A stretch of 57,439 bases of DNA, filler included, from Dugesia japonica (GCA_001938525.1; 5 parts of 5 records of this genome joined end to end with filler, not necessarily neighbours in it); one strand, 5' to 3'. Positions 12,978 through 26,272 are shown, counted from the whole stretch's first letter. Numbers and translations are program-made. Notes: generated from the sequence alone by a model not told the origin.

Positions 12978-13794
12978 CAAAAAAATTCTTAGATAACATT
13001 TTAAAATTAAAAAAATATAAGCTATTATGAAGAAAATTTGTTTTTCGATTTGGATATATGAATAAAAGTTCTATGATTTTATGAAGAAAACATCTTTGCT
13101 TTATGAATTATTAAAGAAAATATTTGCTTTTAAAAATTATTATTATTTAAATTCATATTTATTTAATATATCAAAATTATTAGAGCTTTTAATAAAGCAC
13201 AGATTGGAATAAACTCACCTTCCAAACTCACCGAAACCGGAAATTAATTTTGTTAGTTGGGTTTGGAAAACTTCTCGTATTATCAATATCAAAATCCGAA
13301 TTCATAACAATACTTTATTAAAATCCAAACTATAACCAACATTAATTGTAAAAGAAACAAATTAAAATCATGTGTTTTAATTAGTGATCTTTTCTAAAAT
13401 TTAAACTTTATTATTTAATAATTTTAATTTATCCTTAAACTAATATTTGTTTAAATTTTTCATAATTTAATCTCTCATTTAGACAGAAAATTTTAAAATA
13501 TAAGATCACGAATCACACAGATATTTCAACTTGCTTTTCAAAACTGCTCACAAACTTGATTTGGAATCAGATTCGAGAACTTATTGTGAGGAAATTTAAT
13601 TTAAATAAAATTAAAAGCGCAACCTCTATTTTTGGAACCTCGCATCTTTATCAAAAAAAGAAATCAATAATCCAACAAACCATCTCAAAATTATTAACAT
13701 CACATACATCAACACTTCCTATTTCCAACAACACCAATCTCATCCAAATACAACTATTAAGAAAACCAGACCGATTTAAACAAAATACTCATTG

Positions 13795-14826
13795 ACATGG
13801 TACAGTGTACTCACACGTATATTAGCCCCATGTATATTTATATAGGCAGGCAACCGAATGAGCCATGTGCGGTTGATTATGTACTAAATTTGATTCACCG
13901 TTGTCTGCGCCATATATCAATAAAGATCGAACCATAACAATAGATAACTTTACAAGTTTTTCACTAGCAGAACAGATGTTACAGAAAAAACAATAATTGG
14001 AAGGATTCGCTCAAATGAACCGGATTTATCGAAGGAATTTACGAACAAAGCCGAAATTAAGAGACGCTGATTCCTCTAAATTTTGCTTCTAACTGTTCCG
14101 AAAGCAAACAAGAATGTTCTATTACTATCCACTCTCCACAATATTGGTTCTGTTGACCTCCTTTCAAAGCCCAATAGCATGTCGGACTATAACAAAACGA
14201 AAGTTGGGGTTGACAGACTTGACAAACCAGTTCGAACCTATACCTACAAAAGAAAGACCAAACTATGGCCATTGGTTTTATTTTTCAACATGATTAATAT
14301 TGCAGTGATAGCAGCTTATAACTCGTACAAATGTTTTTGAAGGAAATGGTTGTGCAATTGATAAGAGATTAAACATTGGAACGATTATCGTATCCAAATA
14401 AGGTATAAAGTAATAAACCTTAAACAAAGTTCAACTGCCGAAGTAACAGCACCAAATAGATCTATCAGTAAGCTGCCACGCTATTATATTTGTCCACGAG
14501 CCACTAAAAGGAACACAATGCCTTATATGCAATCAGGCATCTTGCGCAACACAAACCAATTGCAAAAATTGTATAAATGAAGAGGTAAGGGATTCACCCG
14601 TAGACGAAAGCAATGACATCATGTTAGGCAACGGTTCTGATTAAATATTTATACAAATTAAATTAAATTATGTTGTAGCTTTTGAATAAAATAAGTTTCT
14701 TTCATTCGAAAATATAAAATAAAAACTTTTTTTAAAAAAAATTCTTATTAAATATGCAAATATATAGGGTCCGACTGACCCCTATGCACAGACGCTAGAA
14801 AATTTTCAATGCAGACTGAAAGTTAA
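13795..14826 (+). mobile_element. piggyBac-family transposase remnant with probable right end
   Basis: TITIDNFTS, LLSTLH, YNKTKVGVDRLD, RKTKLWPLVLFFNMINIA and a decayed Cys-rich tail. Subterminal palindrome GGGTCCGACTGACCCC and terminal ...GAAAG-TTAA (14823-14826). Confidence 0.88.
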
Positions 14827-16010
14827 TGAAGTGTTTGTAGTTTTTTTAAGAATACCTTTTATACCTTTTATTTAACAAGTTAATTCTTAAATAAGTATGA
14901 TACTAAATTTTATTAAATTTACTGGTAGTTAAGCCAAGACTTATTTGACAAAGGCAAACTCGGGAGTGTAATTTCAATCGTAATTAATTCCTTATAATGT
15001 CTCCTACAAAGCAAAGCTTTAGTTAAAAAATGGCGCTTTGAATAAACTTCAATTGTGTATTATCTATATTTGGCTCTTTTGGATGAAAAGGTGGCCGACT
15101 AATGATCTAGAGGAAGAAAAAATTAAATGTAACAATAACTGTTTATTATTGTAAATAGTTGTTTTCTTTTTATAAGCAGTAAATATATATAATTCCTATA
15201 GGAATGCTACACAGCTGCGACACAAGTATCTTCAAATACACGTTCCTGAGAATTTTGCGACTGCCCTGAGAATATTGACTACCGAGAAAAAATATATATA
15301 GACTGTACTGAGCATATATGTGCTCACATCTACCGATTTTTATGCGATTTATTATTATTAACAAATTATTCATTTAATTAATTTATTTATTTATTAATTA
15401 CTGATTAATTTTTAGGCTTTACTAATATGCATTTAATAAATTTTATTAGTGAAAATATTTTTTATTCTTTATGTATTATTTTTGTTTGTCGTATATTTTA
15501 TAATTTTTTAATTAATTAACATTCCATAAGGAGTAAATTATGTTAAAATTCAAATTTTAACGAAAATAATACAATTATACAATCCATTAGATGCAAATTT
15601 AATCAACTAATCAGATTTATTTAAATAAATGTTAGTTATAAAATAACTTTGTCTTTATTTTATTGTTAATTTTCCGTAGGGAGTACCCGATATTATTAAT
15701 GTTTTTCAATATATTTAAGTGTTCGATTTGACGATGTCAACATATTCTTATTCACTGTAAAATTCTCTATCGAATAGATGCTTTAATTTTAAAATTTTAG
15801 AATTAAAAAATTCCATGAATAAAATTGGAAAACTGAAAAATAATCTCCATTAATTCTTAGTTGTTTTTTTTTAATTGAAAATAAAAAATTATTTTCGAAA
15901 AATTTTTAAATTCGCCCGGATTCCGAAAAAAAAATTTAAAATTTCCACAATTTTCATATTATTTAAACAATATGAACCATTCCCTCAAAAAAATTGAAAA
16001 TATTTTATAC

Positions 16011-16525
16011 TACGACGAAGAAACGGGTGTTATGTTATCTAGATCAAGAAGCTAGGTATGTTTACAGTGTCAAATATCATATGAATATACGAAGAAAGGG
16101 AAGATTAAAACGAGAGTACTAAAGACAATTGAAAAATAAAAAGAGCAATCAAACAATTCTGAAGAAAAAGACTTGATCAAGAAAGTAAAAATTGCGGTTG
16201 ACAAAATACAAAAAATTGAAGAAATACACACCATTATATCATGTCGGAGTTGAAAAGGTACCTAAATATATGACATATATGCGTTCTGAAAGATTTGTGA
16301 AGCGAAAATACAAGATAGTTCGTGGTATTGAAATCTGCCAGAAGANNNNNNNNNNNNNNNNNNNNNNNNNNNNNNNNNNNNNNNNNNNNNNNNNNNNNNN
16401 NNNNNNNNNNNNNNNNNNNNNNNNNNNNNNNNNNNNNNNNNNNNNNNNNNNNNNNNNNNNNNNNNNNNNNNNGAACAATATACCTATACAGTATATATCT
16501 GGTTCTTATACCATTGCCTAGACTA
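16011..16525 (+). mobile_element. Gypsy fragment (RNase H-integrase linker and start of integrase), same family as 1062-4729
   Basis: GTTATCTAGA..AAGAAAGGGAAGATTAAAACGAGA matches 3659-3741; HVGVEK and LIPLPR motifs. Confidence 0.85.
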
Positions 16526-16886
16526 CTTTAATTTTACAATTCTTTACTTGTTTTGGTGCTTCCAAAAAAGAATCACTCGTGGACATTTTAGATTTTAGGA
16601 AATTTTCGTGTGGAATGACCCTATTTAACATAGCTAGAGCAAGCCATCTGGCTTTTGGAAAAATTCTGTCAAACAAAATTCTGCCGGTTGTTCAGCTTTT
16701 CAACACAAAATTTAAACTGAGTAATCATTACTCATGTGAATAATATCAATTTGTTGTATAAATAACCATATTTTTAATGAATTAATTTTGTANNNNNNNN
16801 NNNNNNNNNNNNNNNNNNNNNNNNNNNNNNNNNNNNNNNNNNNNNNNNNNNNNNNNNNNNNNNNNNNNNNNNNNNNNNNNNNNNNN

Positions 16887-16951
<65 letters not shown>
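16887..16951. repeat. (AAT)n microsatellite
   Basis: Direct reading; abuts an N gap. Confidence 0.97.
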
Positions 16952-19469
16952 TATTTATATGAAAATAATACCATTTAATCTAAAATATTGACGCATAAAT
17001 AAAAAATCTAACATATTTTTAAAAAATGTTTTATTCTTAAGAAATTTTATAATTCTAATATTGTTTTAATTCTTTTAAGAAATTACGAAAAACTTTCTGA
17101 ATGAATTATATCCTGATTTTGAAGAAAAAGTTGAAAGCTGCAATCAAGATTACTGAAAGCATGTTGTGAGAAATACATTGATCGATATCTACAAAAAGTA
17201 ACACTTATATGAATAAATATTTATAGAATCTGACTGTGGTTGCAAAGAATGCAGGTACACCGTTCTTAAGGAAATAATTCTACGGGGGATTAAAGATTCT
17301 TCGTATTAGTGATGTTTGGTTATTTTTGAAATTGACTGTTTATTTTACTAAAGCAACATGTATTTAGTATTTATTAAATGTTTTTTAAAAATTAGACTTG
17401 TTTTTATTTCTTGTACAAAGTAGTAAATGTTATTAAAATTTCAGAAAACTGAACCACTATCAATTAAAATTTAATCATTAAATAAAAATTCAAATTTAGT
17501 AATTTCATCAATAAAACAAAACAATTCGATATTAATTTTTTAGAGGATTTATAGTATAATCTTTTTCTCTGCAAATATTTTTTAAAACGTTTTTGACTTT
17601 TATCGATCTAAGTATTGATCGAACCATTTTATAAATGATAATTTTCTATGTTGTTCATTTTATCATTCAGGATTCTAAATAACCCTATTAATTAATTTGT
17701 ATAATGAGCAAATGATTGAAGCAAATCATTCTTTGGATATTCTATTTGAATTTTCTAATAATTTTATGAAACCATATTTATATAGATTCTGGTTATGAAA
17801 TTAAATCATAAATTATTTCCATGTAAAATAGTAAACTTTACTCAATTTAAACAAGAAATCATAAAAAGCAGATAATTTAAACAACAATTTTAAATCAGAT
17901 ATTTTGAAGAAAATCTTTTTTAGTCATAATGATTCTTGGACAAAATTCACTGTGGTCAGTCTAAAATTTTGGTCAAAATTTCAAACAGTTAATTTTCAGC
18001 CATTTTAATATAAAATTAATTTTTTTATTGATTACTACATTTTTAATTTATACAAAATTTAAATTCGTACAAATATTAAAATTTAATGGATAGAAATTGA
18101 AATTTTATAATGTTAATTCAGTTCATTGTGTTAAAAATATGATTTTAAAGTTAATTTAGAGTAGGAAATGTGTCTTTGTTTGAAAGTTAAATAATCGCTA
18201 TTTTTTAAAAATTTTTAAGTAAATATTGAAAAAACAATAATTTTAATATAGATAAAGATGTCTTTTGAGAGGGGTCGTGAACGATCAAATGTCAGCTTTC
18301 AAATGTTTACGACCATATGCCAAATATTTTAAATACAATTACGTCAAGTTCATTTTTGTAGTATTCATGTTACTTATATTTTTTTAAATATTGAAGTGCT
18401 CACTAAGTTTTACTAACTTTAAAATGTATTTTCACAAAATGAAAAAAATGTTTGAAGTTTGTTAAGCTTTAGTATTCTCTTACAAGAATAATTAAATTTT
18501 AATAAAATTTTAGAAAATGAAATTACAAATAACTTTAACGTAAATGAAGCATTTGACTTAATTAAATGCAACGCGAACAATGTTTTATCGAGTATTTTTA
18601 AACTTATAAAAATACTTCAGACAGTCTCTATATGTGAAAGCTTATTTAAAATAAACTAATGGAAAAATAACTGATAGATAAACTAAATGAAATAAACTAT
18701 GTTGCGGAAAGCAATATACAGACAGATTAAACACACACATATACAAATAAATACAGCAAACGAAACATTCAAAATACAATTAAGAAATATCTAACAGCAA
18801 AAAAACCAAACCAACCAGCTCTTCACCAAATACCCTAATCAATCCATCAGAACCTTAATCAACTATCTAATCAATCAATACTTTTTAAATGACATTTGAT
18901 CAGATCTGACAATTTTATTAACCATTCTAATATTTTATTCAACGGTGTAAATATGTGTATTATTTTATATAAATATAACTGCATATTTTAACGAAAATGT
19001 TTACTAATTGTTTATAATAATATTTCTATCTTAACCAGAACTGTATTAGCCTGATTTTATTGATTATAAAAGTATGATTTTAATTAATTCTAAATAAAAA
19101 GTACGGTTTTATTTTAATTTTAAGATAAATATTAAGTTATTTTATTTAAAATTCTTGATGAAAGAGATGAACACACATCATTAAAATTTTGTATAAATAC
19201 GATGATAGAACTTAGTGTTTTCACCTTTAAAAATCTCGCTTTAAAAGTTGAAACCTACTGGGGTTGAAGCTTGAAGTGATTAAATAAAACGCGTATTACG
19301 ACTATAGTAAAATATTTATTTAAATACAATTTTTCATATTAATAATTATTTAATTTAATTAGTTGACTATATAGTTTATTTATAATGAATATTATATAAT
19401 AACGATATTAAGAATAAGGTTTTCATATAACGATAATATATAAGTGAAGTTATTGGATTGTATAATATA

Positions 19470-20585
19470 TAAAACTCAGTTCAAACTCACGCAATTGCCG
19501 ATTTGCAATGGCAAAATCCCCAAAGCATCTTGACATATATATAAAAATTCTTAGATAACTAAATTAAATTTAATTCGTTGGTCAGATACCATAACTAAAG
19601 TGATAACCATTTTAAAGAAACACAAACTAAAAATTGTTTATCCTGGTTAATCTTAAGCCAGATAAATATATTCTTAACAAAAATTAATAAAATTGAATGA
19701 TCTGATTTTAAAAATCAAGATTCTTCAAGCGTAAGAAAGAATTTTTGGAATCTTATAACAATGTTGACGGTGAACACATACGAAAGAAAAAGGCAAGCCA
19801 TGACGAATGTGAGTGAAGTGTCAGTTATTTTCTGTTATTTAATTTGGTCAAATTCTGAATGAAAAGACATGCACGTTTGCAAATAAAGTTGAAATTATTT
19901 TAAAGCATATGCTAGATACTGAGAATATTTCAAAAAACCTCATAAAATTTAATGTTTTATTATGTGTTGAAGTGAGGATATATAAAAAAGAGATGTGAAT
20001 GACTGCTGAAAAAGAACAGTTTGTAAATTATAAATCGCAGAATAATAGTCACGTAGATGAAAAAGGTTTATTTTATCGCACACTTTGTCAAAACACACTT
20101 TATAAAGAAATGGGAAATTAAAATGTTATTATTATCATGAATGAGTGATATCAATGGAATTACTCTAGCCCACAGAACAAAAATAAATTGATTTAAAAAA
20201 TGATTTAATTTAAAAGATCATTTGCAGAGCAGGAACAATCAGAATTTTGGATATCATTTTATAATCAATATCCCATACGGATCCATCTTTGTGAATCGGA
20301 TTTTTCAGCACTGACGAAATCATAATAAAACGAAAATTTCTACAGAAAACAGATGAAGAAATGAAAGTATGTTTATCAACCAATCGGCAACGTATATAAA
20401 TTTGTTAAAATAAACAGTCTCATCCTTAACATTAATTTTATTTCAACAAGTTTAATGTATTTTGTTTGAAATAGTAACTATGAAATATCTAAATTAATTT
20501 TGTAATAGAAAATTTTTAAAATGTTTTTTCAGAAATTAAATTTTTCAATGTTGTGTCGCGTAAAGAAAGAATTTGGACACTACTA
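19470..20585 (+). mobile_element. hAT (Buster/Charlie-type) transposase remnant
   Basis: C-terminal dimerisation-domain signature FWISFYNQYP..LCESDFSALT..DEEMKVCLST..KQSHP (~20240-20430). The upstream part is heavily decayed and its boundary is uncertain. Confidence 0.7.
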
Positions 20586-20729
20586 TATATATATATGCAA
20601 TATTTTAAAAGGAAAAGATTTAATTGGTTAGTCCGTAACCAGTAACACAAACTACGGCATAAATAGCTGGTAATTGATACGCATTTCAATATAGGATAAT
20701 TAATGGAATGGATATAAATTATAGACATT

Positions 20730-21410
20730 GTTACACATACCAGAAGAGCGATATAGAGGAAGATGCTTTCAGTCTACGCAAGATTTGTCTAATACCTGGT
20801 CAACTAGAAATGAATTTGATGCACAAATCTCGGAGCTGAAATGGTTGAGTGCTATTTTTATCATGCCCAGAATCTCTGGTGAAAAATTCAAAAATGTAAT
20901 ATAAAACAGACACAGTAATAAAAGCTCTGGACGAACAGTACTTAAAAGACGGATACAATTATCGGTCGATCTTGATGAAAGTGATGGAGACGACATGGAA
21001 ATTCAAAATGCCCCTCCCACTGACACCAAATTGGACTGAAGCTCTGAATTACTTGAGGACGTGCTCACACGAACAGACATGTTTCCCATTGTTACAAGAT
21101 GTGTAAAACGATTGTAAAGGTATAAAAAATTTCTATATTTTTCATTTTGAGTCGTATTTTGTAGAGATTCCATCATTAACGTGTAAACATGTACATCCCA
21201 CAGTACATAGATTGTGAAAGCAATTTCTCACGGAGCAATACTATACCGAGTTAATAATCGAAAGATTTAAATCTGGCTTCAGGCATCCAAATTCTTTAAA
21301 AGTAAGATATGCTAAAATTAATAGAAGATTGGAAGCGATAATTCCAACTTATAATATTGACAATAAATTAAATTTTTTAAGAATAGCTAGTATTGTTGAA
21401 ATTTGAATTT
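20730..21410 (+). mobile_element. Mutator-like (MULE) transposase remnant
   Basis: ECYFYHAQNLW.KIQK (MULE CxxH-type motif) and C-terminal HPTVHRL..EQYYTELIIERFKSG..RYAKINRRLEAIIPTY..NFLRIA. Confidence 0.72.
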
Positions 21411-21557
21411 GGTTTTGCATTTGTATTTTAAACTTTTTATACTTATGTATGTTTTTTAACTTTAAATATAATAAATAAAATATAAATAATAAATGGCGCA
21501 CTAACGTCCGATCAGCATTATATATTGCAACCTATTGTAATATATGGAAACAACGGT

Positions 21558-22010
21558 TAAGAAGAAGCTTGCGTGGCGAAAATGCTTATATTCAAGTGCC
21601 AACCCAGCGTAGCCAAAATATTTCAATCATACTGGCTTTAGGAATCGAAAGACCAATTCATTTTTTGGTACACCAGGGGTCCATCAACTATGTGTTGTAA
21701 ATGAAATTTCTGCGTGATCTTTTCTTAAGATTAGATGCAAGTGAATATTACTTCGTTCGCGACAATGCATCTATTCCTAATAATGCCCAAAAACGGGAAA
21801 TCACAAGGTCCTTCACCTACAACTATATAATCCGTTCTTTAACCCAATAGAAAATTACTTTTCATACTTCAAATTTAAACTACGGAAAATTCTTACCAAC
21901 TATTTAGATACAAGTTTAAATTTCCATAAGATCAGATCAGATCAGTAATTTTCCGAGTAGTGAAAGAAGATAAAAATAATAGTTTAAAATGTTATAATAA
22001 CATAAAAACA
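21558..22010 (+). mobile_element. Tc1/IS630-family DDE transposase remnant
   Basis: RSLRGENA..RSQNISIILAL, FVRDNASI, LQLYNPFFNPIENYFSYFK (variant of PYSPxLNPIE). Confidence 0.8.
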
Positions 22011-22548
22011 AGATGTTTGTTGTTTAAATATATTTTGTACAAAATATAATTATTTCTTCTATTTCTTCTTTTATGATATAATTTAATCTAAATTTTTTCA
22101 TATAAAAATACTTAATTACAAAAATTGGACCTTAATAATTATAAAACAACCATTAAAAATAAATTTAAAGATAAAAAAATTTCTAAATAATAAAACATAC
22201 CAAATTAATACAAGTCTCGCAATTCGATAATGAAAAATTAAGTTTGTATGCGAAAAATTGAATTTCAGTATTGTTTTTAGAGTGTAAAAATCACTGGGGT
22301 GAATTTTTATTTGTTATTAATTTCTATTGGTTATATTGTGTTACTGATTTGTGCATGCGTGTATAATGGTATTTAAACAGAATAAATTCAATAAAAGTTT
22401 TTACAGATTTCAATTTTAGAAAATTTAAGTATAAACTTGAAATAATTTATAAATTATTATTTGAATTAAGTTATAAAACTAATGAGAATTTTCCTCTTAA
22501 ACGGATCTTTACCTGATATTTGTAGTCATTGTGCTCATATTCGTTTTG

Positions 22549-23050
22549 TTAACGCGCTACTGCTCATAGCCGGTCAATTTAGCCTTTTTATTTCCTTAAT
22601 TTTTAATTTGTGTTGAACTTTATACTTGAACTTTCATCCGTCACAATATTTTCGCATAACATAAATGTCAATCAGTTGGTGATAGTATAAACGTGCAAGT
22701 TATAAAGATATAGTTTTTCGTTCCATCCCGGTCAATTATACCGTAATTAGTTAGTAAGTTATACTTTATTAAGAATAGAAAAGCATCACATTGTCGCATA
22801 ATTTCCCATAAACCTGTTTATTTACAATGTTCAAGACATATTTGCAAGGAATGTATTTGAATTTATGCTTTTATAATTTTGGACCTGATATGTTTATGTA
22901 GATTTGTCAATAAATGATCTAAGTTTGAAGATTTACTATTTTATATTTTATTTTTTCTTATTTTAAGAGTTCGTTAATAATTACTTATTAAAACGTTGAA
23001 AATGAAATATTTTTGTAGCCGGTCAATTTGACTTGATTGTAGTGTGAGCG
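22549..23050. mobile_element. Probable non-autonomous piggyBac-like element (one end truncated)
   Basis: Begins after TTAA; three CCGGTCAATTW subterminal motifs at ~22570, ~22728 and ~23019. Confidence 0.45.
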
Positions 23051-24099
23051 TACCCAAATACATACACATTCACATGCACACACAGACAAAACATACACAT
23101 ACATCAAGTATTCGAAACACATTCAATATTCGAAAATCCAATTAATACAAATATTTAATCAATCCAATCAGTCAATTTTCATTATGACAATTATTTATTT
23201 TGAATTTATAACAATTATTATTTGATCGGATCTTGGACATTTTTATAGTTTTAACAAATTTCATTATATATTGTGCTTTATATTGATTTGTTGAATTGTA
23301 AATAGAAAATTTTATTGAATGAAATTAAAAATCTGTTAATATAAATTTTATTGATTTTTATTTCAATTAATAATAGCAGATTATATTGGATTGTGATATT
23401 GTATGTAGAAAAAAAATTGTTTTATTTTATAACTGAAAAATTCTATTGATTTTTACCTTGCTAACATAAATATTTCAGGATTCATGTAAAAAAATAAGAA
23501 AATTTTTATTAGTGTAGACAAAATTTTTATGTAGTGAATGTAACATGCCGATTGGGTGAAAAGTATAAATAAAAATTATAAACGAATTGACATTTACTCG
23601 CCCACTTTTTAAAATCACTCATGATAATAATCAAATTAATGAGGAAAATGAAGTGAAACGAGAAAATGAAATTAAACTCGAGGAAATTTCGGATGGCGAG
23701 AAACAGATTTCTATTTGTGGAAGCACCCGAAATTTCGTAAAAGTTAGACCCTACTCAACTTTTACAAAAGCACAACGATAAAGCGACTATCGTTGTTTGT
23801 TAAAAATAGCAGAGAGAATTACTGAGATGTCAGAAAATGGTAAAAATACTAAAGAATTACGAGATTGTGAAGAATTCTTAAAGGATTTGTTGAGTGAAAT
23901 TTAAACCAGATATTAATATAACTTTTAATAATATTATCTAATCAAAATCAGGAATTTTTATTTTTAATTGTAAGAATTTTAGAAAATTAAGCATAAATGC
24001 AAAATTTATTTTTTAAAGAACAACACGATTAATGCGTTAAAATGGTATGGGAATAGATTAAGTTTTGGCCGGTAATTTTATTTATAGAAGATTATATAA

Positions 24100-24487
24100 A
24101 AATGCTTTCGTGATAAGGATTGTGAAGAATTTTTAAAGGAATTGTTGAGTGAAATATATCCATTATGGAGAATTCGATGTGACAAAAATGTTTATATTAA
24201 TATATAGTAGATCAGTTAATTCAAATTTATCCTACCATAATGACGGAATTTAATGAAAAGAACACTTATGTTCAGAAAATAATTAGTGAATTGTTTGAGA
24301 ATGGATATACTAAAAATAAAAGTTTGGTGGGACTAGCATTTTCAACTTAACAAATTGGCCTTAATATTTCAAATGATGGTAGAAATATGGAGTTATGATA
24401 AATGATGTAGCAAAATTTATATTAAATNATAGGTATGTGTTTATTCAGAAACAAGGAGGTTGGGACAGCAGATTTGCCGAAAAATGA
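24100..24487 (+). pseudogene. Intronless Bcl-2-family-like pseudogene (two frameshifts, one internal stop)
   Basis: Stitched translation ...DCEEFLKELLSEIYPLW.../IVDQLIQIYPTIMTEF..VQKIISELFENGYTKNKSLVGLAF.../MINDVAKFILNxRYVFIQKQGGWDSRFAEK*. BH1-like ELFENG (~24288-24305) and BH2-like FIQKQGGWD (24440-24466) at Bcl-2-like spacing. Confidence 0.65.
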
Positions 24488-24902
24488 AAATTTATTGATT
24501 TTGAGAAAATTATCAATTTTTAAATAAATTTTGATAAAGATTATTATTTATTAGTTTAGATTCAGTTTGTCAACAGAAAAGTTCATTAGATCATCAAGTG
24601 TTGTGGCTGTAAAGACAATATATTTTCTATTTTATTTGGTGTTATTAAAGAAATCTTATTAATCGAAATCTTGTTTTTATTTTAATTAGATAATTTTTAA
24701 ATTTAAATATAATTTTTATTATCTAGATTGAGTTTTGAAACGTGAAAATTAGGGCTTCCNATCGGTTGACGAAATCTAGGGTAGTTGACCTAATGAAATC
24801 CCTCGAAGAATTTAATCTGGTGTCAATCAAAATTTCCAGATCTTCGGAATGGAGCCGTTGACTCGGAATCCGAGAACAGACCCGCATTCCTTTGGTTTTG
24901 GT

Positions 24903-25110
24903 TCAATGAAACTGGATCAAGTAAATTATTAAACTAAAGAAAATAATGGTAGTATGAATTATAAGATGAGGAAAGGAGAAAATGTTTGCGAGCTCAATGA
25001 AACTAGATCAAGTAAATTATTAAACGAAAGAAAATAATGGAAGTATGAATTATAAAATGAGGAAATGAGAAAATGTTTGTAAATTCAATGGAAATGGATA
25101 GATTAAATTA
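24903..25110. repeat. ~91-bp tandem repeat x2.4
   Basis: TCAATG..GATCAAGTAAATTATT unit starts at 24903, 24994 and 25085. Confidence 0.85.
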
Positions 25111-25311
25111 GTACACGAAAGAAACTAATTTTGGGTTAACTCAAAGAAAACGGAAATGAATAGATAGTTCGGGCATGATCCGAAAAACGGGATTACGGGT
25201 GCGGTGAGCTCGATCATGAACTAAAAGAGGTTACTGAATTTTATGGTCATTTTTGTCGTGTGAATAGTTGGTGATTTTATCCATTTTTCAATGTATTGAA
25301 TTCTTAATAAA

Positions 25312-25530
25312 AATTATTATGAAATATTCTAGTTTTTTTTGTAAGGAATTATTATTTACAAGTATTATGAAATATTAGATTTATATTTAAGGAATTCTGC
25401 TTTAAAAATATTATGAAATATTCTAGTCTTAGATATAGGTAATTCTGATTTCGAAATTTATTATGAAATGGTACCGTTCTAGCGAGTGAATTTTTAGTAA
25501 ATAATATGAAAGAATCTAGTGTATATTTTG
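25312..25530. repeat. Degenerate ~48-bp tandem repeat x4-5
   Basis: Recurring TATTATGAAATATTCTAGT...AAGGAATT. Confidence 0.7.
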
Positions 25531-25834
25531 CGGGATTGAATTGACATCAGTGAAGTAATTAAATTGATTGATCTAGCGATGATGAAGGTATAAATAATAA
25601 ACTTTTACACCTTTGACTCATGTCAAGCGTCAAATAGGGAATTCTTACTAGAGCTTTGCACTAGTGGGAATCAGAGAGGATGGCTGCGTCAGTGGACATC
25701 TTCTCTTATTCGCACTACAGAAGCGGGGAAGAAGTCATATGAGGCCGCAGGGCGAAGAGCTAGTCTATGTATAACGTTTTTCCGGATTAATTTTATTATA
25801 ATTTTATCTTCGCATTATGTTTCACTCCATTTAG

Positions 25835-26272
25835 AAATTTGTATTATATGTATCAGAATTCGGAATCAAAAGTGCAGTTCAAGGCAGCCGCTACATCGTA
25901 TGTGAATCAGGACGGAAATTACTACTTGGAATGGAAGAAAGTTCAGGCCATGCTGAATCAGGTGCGAAAAGAGCAAGCATTGATAATGCAGAGTTTAAAG
26001 GCTGATTTGGAGGCAGCACAGTTGCAAATAATTATTAAAGATGTCAACTGGCACCTGGCAGAATACCAACTAAAATGTTTGCGAGAAGGGAAAGAACGAG
26101 AGGAGAACTCGCGTTTTGATCATGCACCCGAGTTGGAATTATGAATCACCAATGTGCGGACTCTAATCGAAGGCGATGAAGACCAAGAGGAAGCCGATGA
26201 AATTCGAATTGTTCAGGAACTGATGCAAATGCGGGATATCTCGCCGTTGTGTTCTCATCGCCTTGATGTATA
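25835..26272 (+). pseudogene. Coiled-coil-like ORF of unknown function, probably element-borne, with one in-frame stop
   Basis: GC-richer 101-aa ORF preceded by an acceptor-like CCATTTAG. The reading continues past TGA at 26144 with an acidic tail (EGDEDQEEADE). Confidence 0.4.

Noticed and set aside
13210-13345. Integrin-alpha-like first exon
   Set aside because: The similarity needs two frameshifts and rests on a few residues.
16788-16991. Poly-Ile ORF
   Set aside because: Translation of Ns plus an (AAT)n microsatellite.
18590-18650. KLIKILQTVSICESLF as a second hAT dimerisation remnant
   Set aside because: Plausible but only ~16 residues; not enough for a feature.
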